In this document: piece by piece, positions 60,179-64,000 of the stretch
Numbering within the stretch: position 1 is the stretch's first letter
Layout of the letters: every line of letters starts with the position of its first letter
Source of the DNA: an uncultured Halomonas sp.
GTDB lineage: Bacteria; Pseudomonadota; Gammaproteobacteria; Pseudomonadales; Halomonadaceae
Assembly: GCF_947490095.1 (NCBI RefSeq)
Contig: NZ_CANLFS010000001.1
Location: 393,598 to 457,597, forward strand
Direction of reading: 5' to 3'
DNA: 64,000 nucleotides
Notes under the pieces: generated by a model
What the model saw: only the letters and a program-made list of their open reading frames with translations
Told to the model about the DNA's origin: nothing
The model's database searches: none
Made by a program: the position numbers and the translations under genes

Positions 60179-60256
60179 GGGACTGTCCCCCGCCGAGCCA
60201 CCGAGTCGGTGTTTATGCTCGTCGCTAGCATCGCCGCCACCGCCGGGGACTGTCCC
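60179..60256 (-). promoter_or_regulatory. Two copies of the palindrome GGGACTGTCCC, 67 bp apart, in the leuC 5' leader
   Basis: GGGACTGTCCCC at 60179..60190 and GGGGACTGTCCC at 60245..60256, 82-159 nt upstream of the leuC ATG. In RNA the two 12-mers can pair with each other except for the central base. Confidence 0.4.
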
Positions 60257-60365
60257 TTCTCGCGAGTCTTGGCGCTTTAGTGCCAGTCTCCCGCCCCTCG
60301 TGCATAAAATCAATTCATGTTATTTATGTAATGCATTCCTGAATGGAATCCGAGATGGAGGTGTC

Positions 60366-61265
60366 GTGGATACCCAGAGCCTGCAGGCCTTCCTGGCCGT
60401 GGCCGATAGCGGCAGCTTCTCCCGCGCCGCGGAACAGCTGCACCTGACCCAGCCGGCGGTCAGTAAGCGCATCGCCGTGCTCGAGGCCCAGACCGATGCG
60501 CGCCTGTTCGACCGCATCGGCCGGCGCGTCACCCTCACCGAGGCCGGGCGCGTGCTGCTGCCCCGCGCCCGGGAGATCCTGGTGATGGTCAATGACAGCC
60601 GGCGTGCCCTGGGCAATCTCGCCGGCGCCGTGGGTGGCCGCCTCACCCTGGCCACCAGCCACCATATCGGCCTGCATCGCCTGCCGCCGCTGCTGAAGTC
60701 CTACACCCGGACCCACCCCGACGTGCGCCTGGACCTGCATTTCCTCGACTCCGAACAGGCGTATCAGGGGGTGCTGGACGGCTCCGTGGAGATCGCCGTG
60801 GTCACCCTGGCCCCCCACCCGGACGCCCAGCTCAGGGTCGTGCCGCTGTGGGTGGACCGCCTCTGCTTCGTCTGCGCCCATGACCACCCCCTGGCGCGGC
60901 GCCAGCGCCTGGCGCTCGACGAGCTGTGCGACTTCGACGCCGTGCTGCCCGGCCCCCTGACCTTTACCCGCGGCCTGATCGAGGAACGCTTCGAGGCCGC
61001 CGGCCTGCGCCTGCCGGTGGCGCTCTCCACCAACTACCTGGAGACCCTGAAGATGATGACCGCCATCGGGCTGGGCTGGAGCCTGCTCCCGGAACGGCTG
61101 GTGGCCGATGCGCCCCACGAGCTCCACGAACTACGCATCGATCACCCGCCGATCCATCGGCCACTGGGTTATCTGGTGCACCGCAACCGGACCCTGTCCA
61201 ATGCCACCCGCGCCATGCTCGAGCAGCTGGACGCGGCGCGTGAACCCGATGCGGGGCATGGTTAG
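60366..61265 (+). CDS. LysR-family transcriptional regulator, divergent from leuC
   Basis: ORF 60300..61265 trimmed to GTG 60366, with GGAGG 5 nt upstream. wHTH segment LQAFLAVADSGSFSRAAEQLHLTQPAVSKRIAVLE, followed by an LTTR substrate-binding domain. Confidence 0.85.
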   Translation: MDTQSLQAFLAVADSGSFSRAAEQLHLTQPAVSKRIAVLEAQTDARLFDRIGRRVTLTEAGRVLLPRAREILVMVNDSRRALGNLAGAVGGRLTLATSHHIGLHRLPPLLKSYTRTHPDVRLDLHFLDSEQAYQGVLDGSVEIAVVTLAPHPDAQLRVVPLWVDRLCFVCAHDHPLARRQRLALDELCDFDAVLPGPLTFTRGLIEERFEAAGLRLPVALSTNYLETLKMMTAIGLGWSLLPERLVADAPHELHELRIDHPPIHRPLGYLVHRNRTLSNATRAMLEQLDAAREPDAGHG

Positions 61266-61431
61266 CATGAAAATGAGATGACGGTGGCCCGACGCACTCT
61301 TTTTGGGAAACCCAGGCTCTTGGCGATGGCGCCCCGATATACCTGTCACCGCCCATGCATCGGGCTATCACAACCGCCTGTCTCTCGGCGATAGCGCTGC
61401 TCCTGGGTACCCATATAGCCTCAGCCCGGGC

Positions 61432-64000
<2,569 letters not shown>

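Noticed and set aside
60098-60300. leuL-type leader peptide / transcription attenuator upstream of leuC.
   Set aside because: I translated the small ORFs in the leader, for example [15 protein letters not shown]... and [26 protein letters not shown]. Neither has a run of Leu codons, and no terminator hairpin with a U-tract precedes leuC.

Overview
This 64-kb window is a visibly high-GC (about two-thirds G+C by eye, not computed) gammaproteobacterial core-chromosome segment. Osmolyte-uptake parts (BCCT, OpuAC-type), acidic low-complexity protein tails and Pseudomonas-like synteny suggest a Halomonas/Oceanospirillales-type halophile; this is inference. I can support 58 protein-coding genes, nearly all recognisable. 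In order: a BCCT transporter fragment, a SIMPL protein, a double-CDGSH/GltS-like flavoenzyme, an MscS-type channel, a four-gene Sit/Yfe-type Mn/Fe ABC importer, a glutaredoxin-like protein and a ClC channel. Then two orphan solute-binding proteins, a methyltransferase, YbgA, RraA, a membrane GDPD, and an IorAB-type molybdoenzyme with XdhC and MocA-like maturation genes. Then ppsA/ppsR, gcdH plus a CoA-transferase, two MATE pumps, purU, a cystine-type ABC importer, RNase J and a tiny H-NS-like protein. Then a compact Moco operon (mobA-mobB-moeA-moaC/D-moaE-moaA), yceI and cytochrome b561. A long minus-strand housekeeping run follows: leuC-leuD-leuB-asd-truA-trpF-trpB-trpA-accD-folC-dedD-cvpA-purF-metZ. 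The window ends with a LysR regulator, a zinc-ribbon protein and about the first 70 percent of leuS. I found no rRNA, tRNA, CRISPR array, transposase, integrase, phage or recognisable defence genes. There is no large unexplained non-coding stretch; the largest spacer is about 300 bp. I therefore do not see a convincing novel multi-gene system here. The items most worth a second look are three unusual domain fusions: MoaC-MoaD in one frame, a metal-ABC permease with a DtxR/MntR-like cytoplasmic tail, and the double-CDGSH/GltS-like fusion. Also notable are a 97-aa H-NS-N-terminal-like protein ending in a canonical AT-hook inside an AT-rich phased-repeat island, a REP-like palindrome cluster inside the leu operon, and several small perfect repeats and palindromes in leaders and spacers.
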